From: Mobula hypostoma
Taxonomy: Eukaryota
Direction: 5' to 3'
NCBI RefSeq assembly: GCF_963921235.1
Contig: NC_086108.1
Coordinates: forward strand, 67,830,001 to 67,894,000
DNA: 64,000 bases
Shown: positions 40,921 through 55,098 of the stretch, piece after piece
Layout: each line of letters starts with the position of its first letter
Numbering within the stretch: position 1 is the stretch's first letter
The notes under the pieces: generated by a model
Database searches by the model: none
What the model saw: the letters and a program-made list of their open reading frames with translations, nothing else
What the model was told of the DNA's origin: nothing
Made by a program: the position numbers and the translations under genes

Positions 40921-43139
40921 ACCTTTGTTATGTCAGCTTCAGAAGTATGTCTGTAAAAATCTGAAATTGTGGAAGTTAAAAGTAGGTTCTGTATTTATAG
41001 TAATATTTGCTACTGAAGATTTTGATTTATCAAATTATCATTCCACTGAGGAGAGAAAAACATACCAAAAGAAAATTTGTCACCTAATATAACAATACAA
41101 CATATAAAATGGTCAAGTAAATGAAAAACCACCATATAAATACATTTGATTCGTAAAGTAAGATCTGGAAGCCGCTTTCTGCAATTACTACTTTTGCCAA
41201 CTCCCTCTAAGCTCTTGCCAACCTCCTTTAGCTCACTGCAATTTTTTAAATACATGAAAAAAAATCTAATTTTTCTGTTTGTTTTGTAGAAGCAAAATAT
41301 AAAACAAAATAGCATTATTGGTCCAAACCACCCTCCATATGAAATGAAAGCCAGAAAGTAGCCCAAGTTTCTGTGAGTCAATACATGGAAGAAGTAAACT
41401 CTTTAAGTCTGAACCACAGATTTAAATAACATTCATATTTTTTCTTTCCTACAGGCAAATATATCATATTTTCATTTGTAATTCAGGGTAATAAGAAGTG
41501 ATTTGCTTTCAGCGTTCAGAATGTCTCTGAAAGGATTCCATATTCAATGTCAATAGAACATTCAATGTACAGAGGCTGTACTTAGTACCAGGCAAGTACA
41601 CATTTTTTGTTTGTTATTTGTTATCTGACACTTGCCAGCTGTAGCTTTACTGTTTATATATCTATAAATACAAGATATTTTACAATGTTAGAAACAAGTG
41701 CTGTCTATAAAACTATATTTTGCACTTTCAACATAATCTTAAGATGCTGTGCTCATGGTACCTTTCAGAAGAAACTTATAGACTCAAAATGCAGAACACT
41801 AATGGGGAGTTAAGCATACTTCTGAAGTTCTCTGTTGATTTAAGCACTGTATGTGACTATTGATTAAATGAATAAATCAGAAACCTATTCAAATGCAGAT
41901 TGTTAAACAATTGCAGGATAATCAAGATTAATGCATTGATAGTGAAATAGAGGCTGTATGAGTGTCTATAAAGTTTAGTAACCAACCAATATTGTAAACT
42001 CGTGTTGAGTTGTTACTAGGATAAAGTATGCAAATATTCCTTTAATTCTCATATTGCATGGAGTTGAAAATGAGCCATCCATATAAGCTGTAATTATGGC
42101 CAGTGTTTATTATGATCAATCCCCAATACATTCATATGTCAAAGACCTACAATGTACAGACACATAAAACACAGTTACTAGAACCATATAATTCTATCAG
42201 AAAATTTGTTTCATAATGCAACATCAAACATACCTCACAGTTTTAGATAATATCCAAACAAGGGTCAAAGTTTAGGTCAAACAGTCCGCTCAGCCTCCAG
42301 GTTTAAGTCCAGCAAACTGGTAAAGACAGACATATCAATTGCACAGAATCAAACATTTCTGCAACCAGTTACATCGGAGAATGAGGAATATCCTATGGTC
42401 ATCTCTGCCACCTTAATATTAATCTCCTGACCAGTCAACTGCTGGCTAGAATCAAAGATATGCATGTAACAGTGGTGACTATCTGCAAATCAATTCCGAT
42501 ATGAAATTTATATTGTGATTCAATAAATTATTTCAAAAGGGAAAGTTAATTTTAATATGGGGATTTATGCATGAAAAATTAACATGCACTAAATAAAATA
42601 TTAAAATCACATTTATATAAAACAGCGATCATAATTTTATTTGAAAACATTTAAATAAGAATATAATTTAACTGAACATTTAAATCTGTCAGTTCTTATT
42701 CATCTAGCAACCCAAAATAAAATGCTTTAGGGAGAAATATATTTAAAATTAGGCTCAATATTAAACAATTATTGTCAGCATACACAGAAATTCAGTGCAG
42801 TCCAGATGTTTTATGTTTCATTTTATATTATATTAATAACTTTGTGTTTGCGATGATTATGCTTGGAATGAATGGATGCTAAATGTCTTGCAGCAGTATT
42901 TGTAAAGCCTGAACGAAAGTTGTATTACTTCAATCCTTTTATATTAAAACTGGGCCAAAACATACGTTAAAGTCAATACCAAACTTGTGCATGGATATGT
43001 AAACTTACCTGTACTGTAGAGTTCATGATCTGGGTATAAATATATTTTGTTAGTAATGTAAATGTGTGGAAAAATGTGGATAAATTATGAATGTGCATAT
43101 TTTCTTGCTTAATTCGATTTACCTGCACAACAGTTTTCA

Positions 43140-43440
43140 ACTGGAATAGATTAACTTTACTTATTTGTCATGTGTACATCAAAACTTCAAAACATAGAGT
43201 TGGTTGTATCAAAGAAAATCAGGAAGGATTGTGCTGAGAGCAGCCCAGTAATGTCACCACAGTTCTTGTCCCAGTATTTACTAACCTTAACCATACATCT
43301 GTGGAACGTGGGAGGAAAATGGAGAACCTTGAGGAAACGCACATCATAAAAACTCCTTACGGACAGTGGCAGGAGTCGAACCCCGATCAGTGATTACTGG
43401 AACTGTAAAGTGATTGCACTAACCATTATACTGCCATGTC
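43140..43440 (-). mobile_element. tRNA-derived SINE
   Basis: The reverse strand has ggcagtataatggttagtgc..ggggttcgactcc (A and B boxes) and the same core as 22100-22400. Confidence 0.7.
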
Positions 43441-43812
43441 AGTCACTACTGCCAAATGTTAGAAAATATTAAGAATTATGACAAATTCACATATATCACT
43501 TTAAATTTGTTATATTTACTTGTAGTACTGACTCACATTCTAAAGAGCATTTAAGACTAATCATTTTTAATAAAAACATCTGAAAGTCTCAGAAATGAAA
43601 GATGTACATATGAGTTAATTCTGATACATTTCTGAACCATTGTAAATCAGCCTATCATAATGAAAGCATTTACATTATCTACTATTGTACAAGTATAGTT
43701 TAATGTTCAGTGTGCTGTTTGAAATATGCTGAACAAGACTGAAAACAATAGCACTATTCTATGTCCCTTCAGTGTAATTTTGTGTCATATACCTGATTTA
43801 TGCACAAGGAAA

Positions 43813-45010
43813 AGTTCAAAGTTTAACTCATTATTATACATACAGTATACGTCACCACACACAACCCTGAGATTCATTTTCTTGCATGTATTCAGAGTAA
43901 ATACAAGAAACACAATAGAATCAATGAAAGACTGCCCCACAACCGATGTGCAAAAGACAACAAACAGTGCAAATACAAAAGGAAAAAATAAATAATAATA
44001 ATAAATAAAGCAATAAATATTCAAAACATGAGATGAAAACTCTTTGAAACTGAGTTCATAGTTTGTGGAATCGATTCAGTGATAGGGTAAGTGAAGTTGA
44101 ATGAAGTTATTTCCTTTGGTTCAAGAGCCTAACGGTTGAGGGGCAATAACTATTCCTGAACCTGGCGGTGTGGGTCCGGAGGTTACTGTACCTTCTTCTT
44201 GATGGCAGCATCAAAAAGAGAGCACGACCTGGATGGTACGAGTTCTTGATGATGCATGCAGCTTTCCTGCGACACCGCTTTGCGTACGTGCTAAGTAGTG
44301 GGGAGGACTGTGATGGACTGAGCCATATCCGCTAATTTTTGTAGGCTTTTCTGTTCAAGGGCATTGGTGTTTTCATACAAAGCCATGGTGCAACCAGTCA
44401 ATATACTCTCCACCACACATCTATAGAAGTTTGAGATGATATGCCGAACCTTTGCAAACTTCGAAGAAAGGTGCTGGCGTACTTCCTTTACAATGGCATT
44501 TCTGTGCTAGACCCAGGCCAGATCCTCTGAAATTATAACACTGAAGAATTTAAAGTTGCTAACCCCCTCCATGAAGAGGACTGGCTCATGACCTCTGGTT
44601 TCCTCCTCATGAAGTCAATAATCAGCCCGTTGGTCTTCCTGACATTGATTGAGAGGTTGTTGTTATGACATCATTCAGCCACACTTTCAATCTACCTCTT
44701 ACATGCTGATTTATTACCAACATGATTTGGACAACGACAGTGATGACATCAACAAACTTAATATGGCATTGAAGATACACTTAGCCTCACAGTCATAAGT
44801 ATAAAGAGAGTAAAGCAGAGGGCTAAGCATACAACCTTGTGGTGCACCCATGCTGATGGATATTGTGGCTAATTCAAAGTGACTGGAGTCTGCAAGTGAA
44901 GAAATTGAGGATCCGATTGCACAAGGAGCTACTGAGTCCAAAGTTTTGAAGATTATTGATTAGTTTTGAGGGGTTGATAGTATTGAATGCTGAGTTGTAG
45001 TCAGCGAAGA
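43813..45010 (-). mobile_element. Degraded Rex1/Babar-like LINE 3' portion
   Basis: GAPQGCMLSPLLYSLYTYDC in ORF 44714-44941 and a TTGAACTT tail. Confidence 0.82.
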
Positions 45011-45127
45011 GGAAATATGGCAGCTCTTTAATCAGTATTGAACTTGTAGGTCAGATGAGTATTGGATAATTATCAGTGAATGAATAATAGTTCTGTTTAA
45101 CACATAACATTAATAAGTTTTATTTAC

Positions 45128-45242
45128 CTGTTATTACTGAAAGAAACTCAGTCTGGATTTAGCATAGGCACTATTTTAAAGACTAGAGCATCCTATAAGA
45201 TCTTGGTCACTGAGTGCTAACTGTCAAGAAAATCAATAAAAC
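45128..45242 (-). pseudogene. AGBL4: AGBL4/CCP6 exon (about exon 8 equivalent) with three in-frame stops
   Basis: Minus strand: ttcttcag|GT...AAC AG|gtaaat, 115 nt. Translates (G)FIDFLDS*HSVTKIL*DALVFKIVPMLNPD*VSFSNN(R), versus recalled human [39 protein letters not shown]. Stops at 45217-45219, 45193-45195 and 45148-45150. Confidence 0.93.
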
Positions 45243-46359
45243 CTGAAGAAACAAAAGCATGAGATATTTTTTCAAAATATTGTTACATTATGCCATTTTC
45301 ACTGCACAAAGAATATTTGTATAAGATTTTGTTTCTCAGATTATTGAGAATTTAAACTAATTTTAATTCATTTGGAACTCAAAAGCAACAAAAATAAGTT
45401 ATTGGTTTTATATCCCGCTTGGTGATTTACTCCATATTTTTGGATAAGATTTGATCATCCCCTGGACTAAAATTCATAGGGAATAGACCATTACTGGCTC
45501 AATTTCTAACTGAAAGACCCATTCAATAGACCTTAAGTTTTTTTTAAAAAGTCATATATCAAATTATTTAAAATACTTTAGCTTTCTTAGAAGATTCAAA
45601 GTCTTCATCTTGAATGAAAATTCAAATTGTCTTGGAATTGAAATCTATCAAGTGGAAAGTTGAATAGATGTGGAAATTCTCATTCAAAATACCTAGCCAA
45701 AAAGTATACTTCTCGAATGAAAAATGAAACAAAGTGCGACCACTTTCAAACAACTGGAATTTTAGAAGAAACATAAAATTGCAATTTTCCATTCAATCAA
45801 AATGGGCTTGTGGATCCAATAGCAGATAAATGCTTGGGAAAACCACATCAAGCTTTTCTCATTCCACCATCCTTGTGGAGTCTAGGCAAGAGCCTAGGGA
45901 GTAGTGCACAGTCAAGAAAATTCTACCATAGTCAGCAAGCAAAATCAGGGCTTCAGCATTTGTGCAGAAATCCTGACCTTGCGGAAACTTGATGGTAAGT
46001 GGAAGGGCCAAGGGATTTAGTCACTGGAGATGGGAGGTAAATTCCAGCAGTTTCCCATGAAACTGTGAACATTTCCCAGCAATTTCCAGCCAATTCTTCA
46101 TTGTCTGTGTAGCTCACATCTTCTCTGCTGATCAGCATTACTAAAAACTCATATTTTTCTTTTGACATTTCGAAGATCTGGCTTTAATTGAATTTCTTTT
46201 TTTTTCATCAGAATATTTTTTACTTCAGAATCATTCACAGAAATTTGGTGTAAGTGTTATTGCGTGTAGAGCTTATTTTACTCTTTATAAGATGAAACAC
46301 TCCGTGCGATACAAAAGAGAAATCTAGCTGAAGCAACAAGAAAGTTCAGAATTAACACA

Positions 46360-47179
46360 CAGTGGATCCTGCTTAATTGGAGCAGCTGCTTAGTTGGGAT
46401 AACCCTTCAATAACAAAAGCTAATGGAGAACATAGCCAGAATTTCCTCTGTTTATTTGGGCCACAATACCACTTAGTTGAGGCAGGAGACTGTTGCCGAA
46501 CAATTTCTAACTAGCATCAGAAACGTGCACCTGTGAGGCTGAGAGACACCACACCTTGCGTAAAACAAAGAGTTTTTAACTAGGATGAGTTGTGAGTGCT
46601 TCTTTTCAAAAAGTAGTGATTTTTGTCACTGACAGTTGGAGAGAAATAAGCAGTAAGACAACTTCGAACTGTCTTGCTCATTGTAGTTTCAAGCATTCAG
46701 GCTTGGAGATGCCAGAAATGGTTGGGAGTGAAAATGAAGCAATTTCACTACTTCAACAAGTTAGGAACTATGAAAGATTTGAAGATATCAACAATAGCCT
46801 CGTATTTTTCAATGAAAATGACGATTTGGAGGATGCAATCATTGATAACGTTATATGAAGAGTCCATTATCTACACCAGGTGGCTGCACTGATCTTTTTT
46901 AATTTAGAGTCAATCAAAAAAACGCATACATTGGATGAATTCCTCCACCAACAATGGTTAGGAACTAATACACATATTTATAGTACTGTAGTACTATAGT
47001 GTTCTAACTTGTTCTGTATTTCATTTAAATACATATTTATTACCCAGTTAAGTGGTATTTTGTCCTTTTTTTATATCCTTTTAACTATTTCCATGAAACT
47101 TCGGCTAATTGGGGCAGCCGCTTAATTGGGCCAAAATATACTAGTCCCAATGTATCTCAATTAACTGGAATCCACTATA
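46360..47179 (+). mobile_element. Tigger/pogo-type (Tc1-mariner) internally deleted DNA transposon
   Basis: Imperfect TIRs cagtggatcctgcttaattgg / caattaactggaatccacta. ORF segment FVTDSWREISSKTTSNCLAHCSF resembles the C-terminus of Tigger transposases. Confidence 0.72.
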
Positions 47180-47724
47180 CTTCTTTTACTACTGTGTTTG
47201 CAACATTTTATGCAAATTAGCTTAATGTATGGATTAAAACTAAATGACACAACTGAACTTTGCACCAAAACACTGAATACACAGTTCTTCACTAAAATAA
47301 TCTCGGTTTCCTTTCAGTAAACTGGAGCACAGTTTCTTTTGTGATGGATAGTCACTTCCTAGGCCTCTTGCTCATGTTTGCAAAGCTTGCTTCCTAAAAA
47401 CAGCAGCTGCCACTTGAACAATCAAACAGATGTAAGTAATCTTCCAACCAAGTTTGTTTAGCTTCTGTTTGTACATGGGAGTTAGTCATCAGTTCTTAAA
47501 ATGAAAATGTAAAGCAGTAATCAGTTTGAAGTTAAAAACATAGCTTTGCAAACAAGCTCTATATATAGTAGATGCTCTGTCTGTAGAAAGCAGATGCTAG
47601 CTCATACCATCCTGTCTTGCAGATCAGGAGTGCAGTATAAGACAATGGGTTGTTTAATTTGGCTTGTTTCAAAACAGACTAACTGACTAAGTTGTTTAGT
47701 TTAAGGAAGCTTGCAGACCAAGTA

Positions 47725-49252
47725 GGAAGAAGCTGGAGAGATTACGGAGGCATTAAAAACGATCTTTCAAGAATCGATAGGTTCTGGTATTGTGCCGGAT
47801 GAATGGAAAATTGTAAATGTTACTCTGTTATTAAGAAGGATAGGAAGCAGCAGAAAGGAAACTACAGACTTGTAAGCCTGACATCAGTGGTTGGGAAGTT
47901 GTTGGAATCAATTGTTAGGAATGAGATTACGGAGTACCTGGAGGCACAAGACAAGATAGGCCAAAGCCAACATGGCTTTCTGAAAGGAAAATCCTGCTTA
48001 ACTAACCTACCGCAATTTTTTGAGAAAATTACAAGCAGGGTAGACAAAGGAGATGCAGTAGATGTGAGGGTGTACTTGGATTTTCAGAAGGCCTTTGACA
48101 AGGTGCCGCACATGAGGCTGCTTAGTAAGATAAGAGCCCATGGAATTACAGAGAAGTTACTAGCATTGGCTGATCGGCAGAAAACAGAGAGTGGGAATAA
48201 AGGGATCCTATTCTGGCTGGCTGCCGGTTACCAGTGGAGTTCCACAGGGGTCGGTGTTGGGACCGTTGCTTTTTACAATGTATGCCAATGATTTGGACTA
48301 TGGGATTAATGGATTTCTGGCTAAATTTGCCGATGATACAAAGATAGGTGGAGGAGCGGGTAGTGTTGAGGAAACAGAGAGCCTGCAGAGAGACTTGGAT
48401 ACTTAAGAGGAATGGGCAAAGTGGCAAATGAAATACAATGCTGGAAAGTGTATGGTCATGCACTTTGGTGAAAAAAGTAAACGGGCAGACTACTATTTAG
48501 ATAGGGAGAGAATTCAAAATGCAGAGATGCAAAGGGACTTGGGAATTCTTGTACAGGATACCCTAAAGGTTAACCTCCAGGTTGAGTTGGTGGTAACGAA
48601 GGGGAATGCAATGTTGGCATTCGTTTATAGAGGTATAGAATATAAGAACAGGGATGTGACGTTGAGGCTCGATAAGGCACTCGTGAGACCACGCAGAGTA
48701 TTGTTTGCAGTTTTGGGGTCCTTATTTTAGAAAGGATATACAGTACTGACATTGGAGAGGGTTCAGAGAAGATTCATGAGAATGATTCCAGGAATGAAAG
48801 GGTTACTGTATGAGGAACGTCTGGCAGCTCTTGGGCTGTATTCCCTCGAGTTCAGGAGAATGAGGAGGGAATCTCCTAGAAACATTCAGAATGTTAAAGG
48901 GCCTGAACAGATTAGATATGGCAAAGTTATTTCCCGTGGTAGGGGAGTCTAGGACAGGAGGGCAGGACTTCAGGATTGAAGGATGTCCATTTGGAACAGA
49001 TGGGGAGAAATTACTTTAGTCAGAGGGTGGTAAATTGGTGGAATTTGTGGCCATGAGCAGCTGTCGAGGCCAAGTCATTGGGTGCATTTAAGGCAGAGAT
49101 AGATAGGTTCTTGATTAGCCAGAGAATCAAAGGGGTTGGGGTGAAAGCAGGGGAGTGGGATGACTGGAAGAATTGGATCAGCCCATGATTGAATGGTGGA
49201 GCAGCCTCAATGTGCCGAATGGCCTACTTCTGCTCCTGTATCTTATGGTCTA
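47725..49252 (+). mobile_element. CR1 LINE 3' portion
   Basis: YLDFQKAFD, GVPQGSVLGP, FADDTK and a TCTTATGGTCT tail. Confidence 0.93.
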
Positions 49253-50335
49253 ATGACCAGACAAATAATATAATTTAGCATATCAAATAACTGATCCATT
49301 AATGTTGGAAGACTTATATATTCAAGGAAGCTAGCTTTACAGCATAATGGTTGAAAATTGAGATCTATGTCTCCAAATAGCTCTTAGACAATTTGTGTTA
49401 AAAGGAAATATCACATACATGTGAGGTCACACAAGTAGAAAGAGAAACTGTAAAAATGTAGAAAGCAGTTTAGGTTTATTGGGAATGGTGTAAGGAGCAT
49501 CAAATACCATGAAAGAAATACAATATGAACTGGAATCCATTCCTCTGGCTTCAGTTTCTGCAACAGACGATTCATTCATCTGCATCATTGGTATGTCCTT
49601 TTAGTTCACAGGAATTGTACTTGTGTTTTGGAAATCCTTTGTCTTTTGTTTTAGAAATGGTTTGTAGTTTGAAAATACTTAAGATAGAAGTCCTCTGCGA
49701 GTTTTAAATGTGTTTTAAGAATGTTGTTTGGTTTTAAATGTGTATTACTGAACTGTGTTTTAAACTACAAACATACTTTGTCAGCTGGAAGATTCTTCTT
49801 GGTAGGGAGAGGAGACCCACAGCCCGAATAGTGGGTATTGGCAGCTAAACTTACTGTGGAAAATGAACAGGGAAGTGAACTAATCTTTGAAGATTGGGTA
49901 GTTACAGTATAATCTCCCTTTAGTGGGAGTACTCATGGTTATTTATATCCCATAAGGGTTAAGTCCTTCGTTTGAGTTTAGAACTTCATGATCAGCAAAC
50001 CACTTGGTGCCTGACATGGTCACATTATACCAAAGTATTATCTTAGAAAGAAATATAATTTGGCAGTAATCCAATTCAGAGAGCTCTCGACAAGTGCTAA
50101 GACAAACCCCTCTGTATGACCTGCTGGACTCAGACCATGACAATGTATACCAGATCCCATCAACATAGCACTAATTTGTGCCTGGACACAACAAATTTGT
50201 CCCTTTTTAGACAGAAAACAAGGACCCAGGTGGGGGCTACATGCCTATGTGATAGAACCTGGCAACCCATATCTTAATCCTGATGTATGGGGACATCATG
50301 TACTCCTCCAGGCACACATAAGGTAACGCCTACAC

Positions 50336-50416
50336 CAGTAAATTCCCAACCTGGTGTCCATGGAACTCTTGCTTAATGGTATTGGTCCATGGCATAAAAA
50401 AGTTTGGGAACACCTG
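50336..50416. mobile_element. Short hAT/Charlie-like MITE in the ERV gag
   Basis: TIR-like cagtaaattcccaacct / agtttgggaacacctg, flanked by 8-mers gcctacac / ccctagaa. Confidence 0.6.
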
Positions 50417-50911
50417 CCCTAGAAGCACTAATGAAGCCTAAAGAACAAATGCTTGGGAACATGCACAAGAGTTACTAAAAAGAATGACTATAAAATAATA
50501 CAGGGCAAGTTCCTGTACAGGGAGCCACTGCAGCTTCCTGAATACAAACTTCCCTACAAGTTTTTAGATCTTTAGCTATTCAGAGTTTGCCAGCAGATTT
50601 GTGTCACACCTCCAGCTGATGCTGAAGGAATTCTGAAGAGGCTACTTCAGAATGCTGGGAGGTTACAGGCCTTCTGGGTCAGTCACATTCACCAGCATAT
50701 ACGGCATTTCTTATTAATGTTATTTCCCATTGCCATGGTACCGCTTCCATATGAGTGTGGAAATCCATGTGTTTATAAACAAATTAATGGTGTAGATGTA
50801 CTGTGCACAGAGGACTTTGCATTGCATTGAGTAAAATAGTCAAAAGCCAGGGCCTTAATAACAGCTTTTAAGATCAGAGAACAAATGGCAAGGACAGACT
50901 TGGACCTGGTT

Positions 50912-52265
50912 CACTCCGACATTACATCAACGACTGCATTGGTGCTACTTCCTGCACCCATGTGGAGCTCATCGACTTCGTCAAATTTGCCTCCAATTTC
51001 CACCCTACCCTCAAATTTACCTGGTCCATTTCTGAGATCTCCCTCCCCTTTCTCAATCTCTGGAGACAGTTTAACTACTGATATCTATTATAAACCCACT
51101 GACTCTCACAACTGCCTGGACTATACCTCTTCCCATCCCGTTACTGTAAAGCTGCCATCCCCTTTTCTCAATGTCTCCATCTCCGCTGTATCTGCTCTCA
51201 GGATGAGGCTTTCTATTCCAGAACGAAGGAGATGTCTTCCTTCTTCAAAGAAAGGGGATTCTCTTCCTCCACCATCAACACTGCCCTCAACCACATTGCT
51301 TCCATTTCACGCATTGTCCCGCCACCCTACCAGCGATAGGGTTCCTCTTGTCGTCACCTACCACCTCAAAAGCCTCCACATCCAGCACATCTTTCCCTCC
51401 CCCCCACTTTCTGCTTTCCACAGGGATCACTCCCTATGCGATTCCCTTGTCCATTCATCCCTCCTCACTGATCTCCCTCCTGGTATTTATCCTTGTAAGC
51501 TGAACAAGTGCTACGTCTACCCCTAAACCTCCTCCTTCACTTCAACTCATGGCCTTCCAGGTGAGCCATCACCTGTGAGTTTGTTGGGGTCATCTACTGT
51601 ATCCAGTGCTCCCGGTGTGGCCTCCAGCATATCGGTGAGACCTGACGTAAGTTAGGAGACCACTTTGCTGAGCACCTATGCTCTGTCTGCTGAAAAAGCT
51701 GGATCCCCCAATGGCCACCCATTTTAATTCCACTTCCCATTCTCATTCCGACATGTCAGTCCATGGCCTCCACTACTGTCGCAATGAGGACACACTCATG
51801 ATGGAGGAGCAACACGTTATGTATATTTCATCTGGGTAGCCTCCAACCTGATAGCATGAACCTCAATTTCTCAAACCTCCAGTAATGTTTCCCCAATTTC
51901 ACCATTCCTCATTCATTTTTCCCTCTCTCACATTATCTCCTTACCTGCCCATCACCTCCCTCTGGTGTTTCTCCCTGTTTTCTTTTTTCCATGGCCTTCT
52001 CTCCTCTCCTATCGGATCCCCCCTTCTCCAGCTCTGTAACCCTTTCACCAATCCACTTCCCAGCTCCTTACTTCATCCCTTCCCCTCATGATTTCACCTA
52101 TCACTTTATGTTTCTTCTTCCTCCCCACCCCCACCTTCTATCTCTGCCTCCTCATCTTTTCCCCTCCAGTCCTGATGAAGGGTCTCAGCCCAAATTGTCG
52201 ACTGCACTCTTTTCCATAGATGCTGCCTGGCCTGCTGAGCTCCTCCAGCATTTTGTGTGTGCTGC
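50912..52265 (+). mobile_element. Penelope-like element 3' portion (RT C-terminus, GIY-YIG region, decayed hammerhead)
   Basis: TDIYYKPTDSHNCLDYTSSHP; GVIYCIQCSRCGLQHIGET at ~51587-51645; cagtcCTGATGAagggtctcagcccaaattgtcgactg at 52167-52204. Confidence 0.88.
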
Positions 52266-52616
52266 CTTGTTCATTCGACAATGTTACCCGTTTATCCTCG
52301 TGGAAATCTCTGCACCAGGTGTGGAAAGGCCCTTAATCAACACCCAATGCATGAAGGATTTCAGGACGTTGGAGAGATCCTGTGCACCCACATGGCAGTA
52401 GCTGGATTCCCACTCATTCCCACACAAGGGCAACTAAGTTCCCTGCTTTTCCCTCTAAAGGGAACGTACAGTCAGCATCAAAGTCCTCATACCAACATCA
52501 TTCTTTGGACCTATTGCATTCATACTGTTATCCTACACCAGCCTCTCTTCAGGGAAGAAGTGATCAATAATCCAAACAAGTTCTTTAGAGCCAACCCGAC
52601 TTAGGAAGAGACATTC

Positions 52617-53037
52617 GTTGTCGTCATCGTCGTGGCTATCCCTCAAGGTCGAGGATGATGGTCTTCGTTCTGAAGAAGTGGCCCACAGAGCGAAGACGCC
52701 TATGCATGTATTTGTTTAACGTGTACTTGATGTTGCACTCCAAGAAGCACACGATACTTCACAAATCAGCCAAATGATTCCAATGGCATGGAAACCATGA
52801 TGATTGGAGCTAATTGATTTGTTGCAGCCTTCATCCGCCTTCACAGTCGTTGAGTTTGAAGTAACTTCGTCTGCCTGTTCCACCATTGAGGTCTTGGTTG
52901 GATTGTTCTTTGTCAGGGACCTCACCCTTGATTTTACTACCATGGGTGACCCTACCAGGAGCATAGCTCCAGACGGCATTGCTCTTGGGATCAAAGGACC
53001 ACACAAGCTTCTCCACCACAACAAGGTGACAATCCAC
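52617..53037 (-). mobile_element. Short non-autonomous RTE-like element
   Basis: Near-TSD agacattc / agatattc and a (GAC/GAT)n-type tail. The RTE assignment rests on recalled similarity of the UTRs. Confidence 0.55.
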
Positions 53038-55098
53038 AGATATTCACCCACAACTGAGATGGCTAGATGCTAGGTATAGGCCATGGCCTTTAGCTCCACT
53101 CCCTTCTCTAGCAGAAGAAAGTCTTAGACCAAGATACTCCTTCTGGGACAGAGGTTACATTCAGAGGCCCCATCAATAATATGGAGAACAGTATGAAACT
53201 GAGCCCATGACATGAGGCCCACCTCATCCTTCACCCTCTAAATATACAGAGGGACAGGGCCCATCCCAAACATCCACTCGCTGCCCTGCAGCTCAGGGAA
53301 AACAAAATACAAAGAAGGAGAAGGCTAATGTCAATATTAAAAAAAACTGCTCGGGAGAATTTCAGCAGCAACTCTACTCAAAATGCTCCAACCGATGAAT
53401 AGGATACAGGCATACCTATTCTTGCCTTTCCATACGCTAAATCTTGGATTTTCAGCAAAATTTGACCCTGCCATTTTGATACAGTAATAGACATTATAAC
53501 AAATGCTGGAAGTATCTGACTCATAAAAGTATAAATCTCGTACAAATCTGGCCAATGGCTCCTAGTCACACCTAATTCTTGCAGGTGACAGATAGAGGCA
53601 ATGTAATTAACATTAAAAAATCTCACTGTCGCACAGAAGTAAATTTTCTAGGTATGACAATTACCAGTCAGGGATGTGGTTTAACCCCTGAATTTAGACA
53701 TAAAGTTGCTTGAGTAAGCTATCCAAAGACCATAAAAGCCTTACAATTAAGCCTAGACCTATTAAATTATGGTAGCATTTTCATGCCTCTATGCTCAATT
53801 ATTAAAACCATTACATGACAGAGATAAAACAGATAAATGAAAACCCTTTTGTTTTTGCTGCAGAAGATTATGAGGCAATAGAGAAATTCATGAATACAGT
53901 TCAACAAGCAATAGACTTCCAGACAGATTACTTAACAAAATCTCTTGTTCTGTGAATTTGTGTTTCTCCAAAAACCATATAGCCACCTGCTTTAATGAGG
54001 GAGAAGAAACACAAATGCCCATAAACTATGCCTCATATAAATTCACCCCAATAAAACAAAAAAGTACAGCCTTTGAACAATGTTTTACTATGGTATGCCA
54101 TATACTTATTGGAGTAGGACCACGGCAAGGGGACAAACTAATTGTTATACAAAAAATGTTTGTGGCTATGACAAATGATACCAAATTACTAATGAATGAA
54201 CGGAGAATTGTCATAACTAGATATGGGGGTTAGCAAATATTTTTATAAGACAACACCTTGAATTGGAATACTTTCCTGAGAGCTGTGACTTACAGTCCTT
54301 ACCTGTCATTGTGGCTCAACATTCTTTCGAGCACCATTCTCAAATATGGTACTGTGATGGATCAGCAATGAAAATCTAGAAAGGTGGATCAACTCAGTTA
54401 TAATCCCTGCTCTTTAATATACAAGGAAAAATGTTATTGAAACTAAATTTGAACCACATGAGTTGTGAGTAAAATCATACAGCACAGTTTGCAGAGGCTA
54501 AAGCCTTAGAATTACGTCTAGAACAAGTAACTATAACAGAACCAGTCCGGTTTTAATTATGTTAGGCATATGGTAGAAAGAGTTCTTCCTATCTGGTCAG
54601 CTACCAGATGAAGAACACACAGAGGAAAACTGTTTCCATACTGGTCTACGTGGAATAAGATTTGTGAATCATTATTGACTCAACCATTAGTACAGGTGTT
54701 ACATATCCTGGGACATACTGCAGGCCGATTACACAGTGATGGTAACAAACTAGGCAATAAACAAATAAAACAGGCTGCTGGGATGGACCTTATGTTAGTA
54801 AGGGAGACCAGGGTTTTGGGATTAACTAAGCAACAAATACAAAATAGCCAAGATAATATTTTAAGTGTACTCCTCGATACTACTGAACCCAATTCCAAAT
54901 GATTTCCAACACTGTACAGATTTAAGGCTGATGGCAAAGGTAAGGTTTGGGTCTGCTGCCCTAAAAATAATAAGAAACAAATCCCTCCTGTCCACAAGTG
55001 GGAAGCACTGATTCGAGAAGCTCACCAAGGATCTGGACACAATAACAGTGGCAAACAAGCCACTCATGCAAAATTAGCCATGCTATATCGGTGGCTTT

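Larger units (their letters stand above)
50050..53330 (+). pseudogene. gag: Foamy-like gag remnant interrupted by a hAT MITE, a Penelope-like element and an RTE-derived element
   Basis: ~50200-50280 FLDRKQGPRWGLHAYVIEPGNPY resembles PFV DLDLPEGPLRFGPLANGHYVQGDPY. ~50820-50915 ALSKIVKSQGL/ITAFKIREQMARTDLDLVHS, continued at 52266 by LVHSTMLPVYPRGNLCTRCGKALNQ, resembles VIKGIVDQEGVATAYTLGMMLSGQNYQLVSGIIRGYLPGQAVVTALQQRLDQ. Confidence 0.65.

Noticed and set aside
49815..49850. Possible tRNA-Lys primer-binding site for the ERV (cagcccgaatagtggg)
   Set aside because: It lacks the TGG start, the match is too weak, and no adjacent LTR end was recognised.
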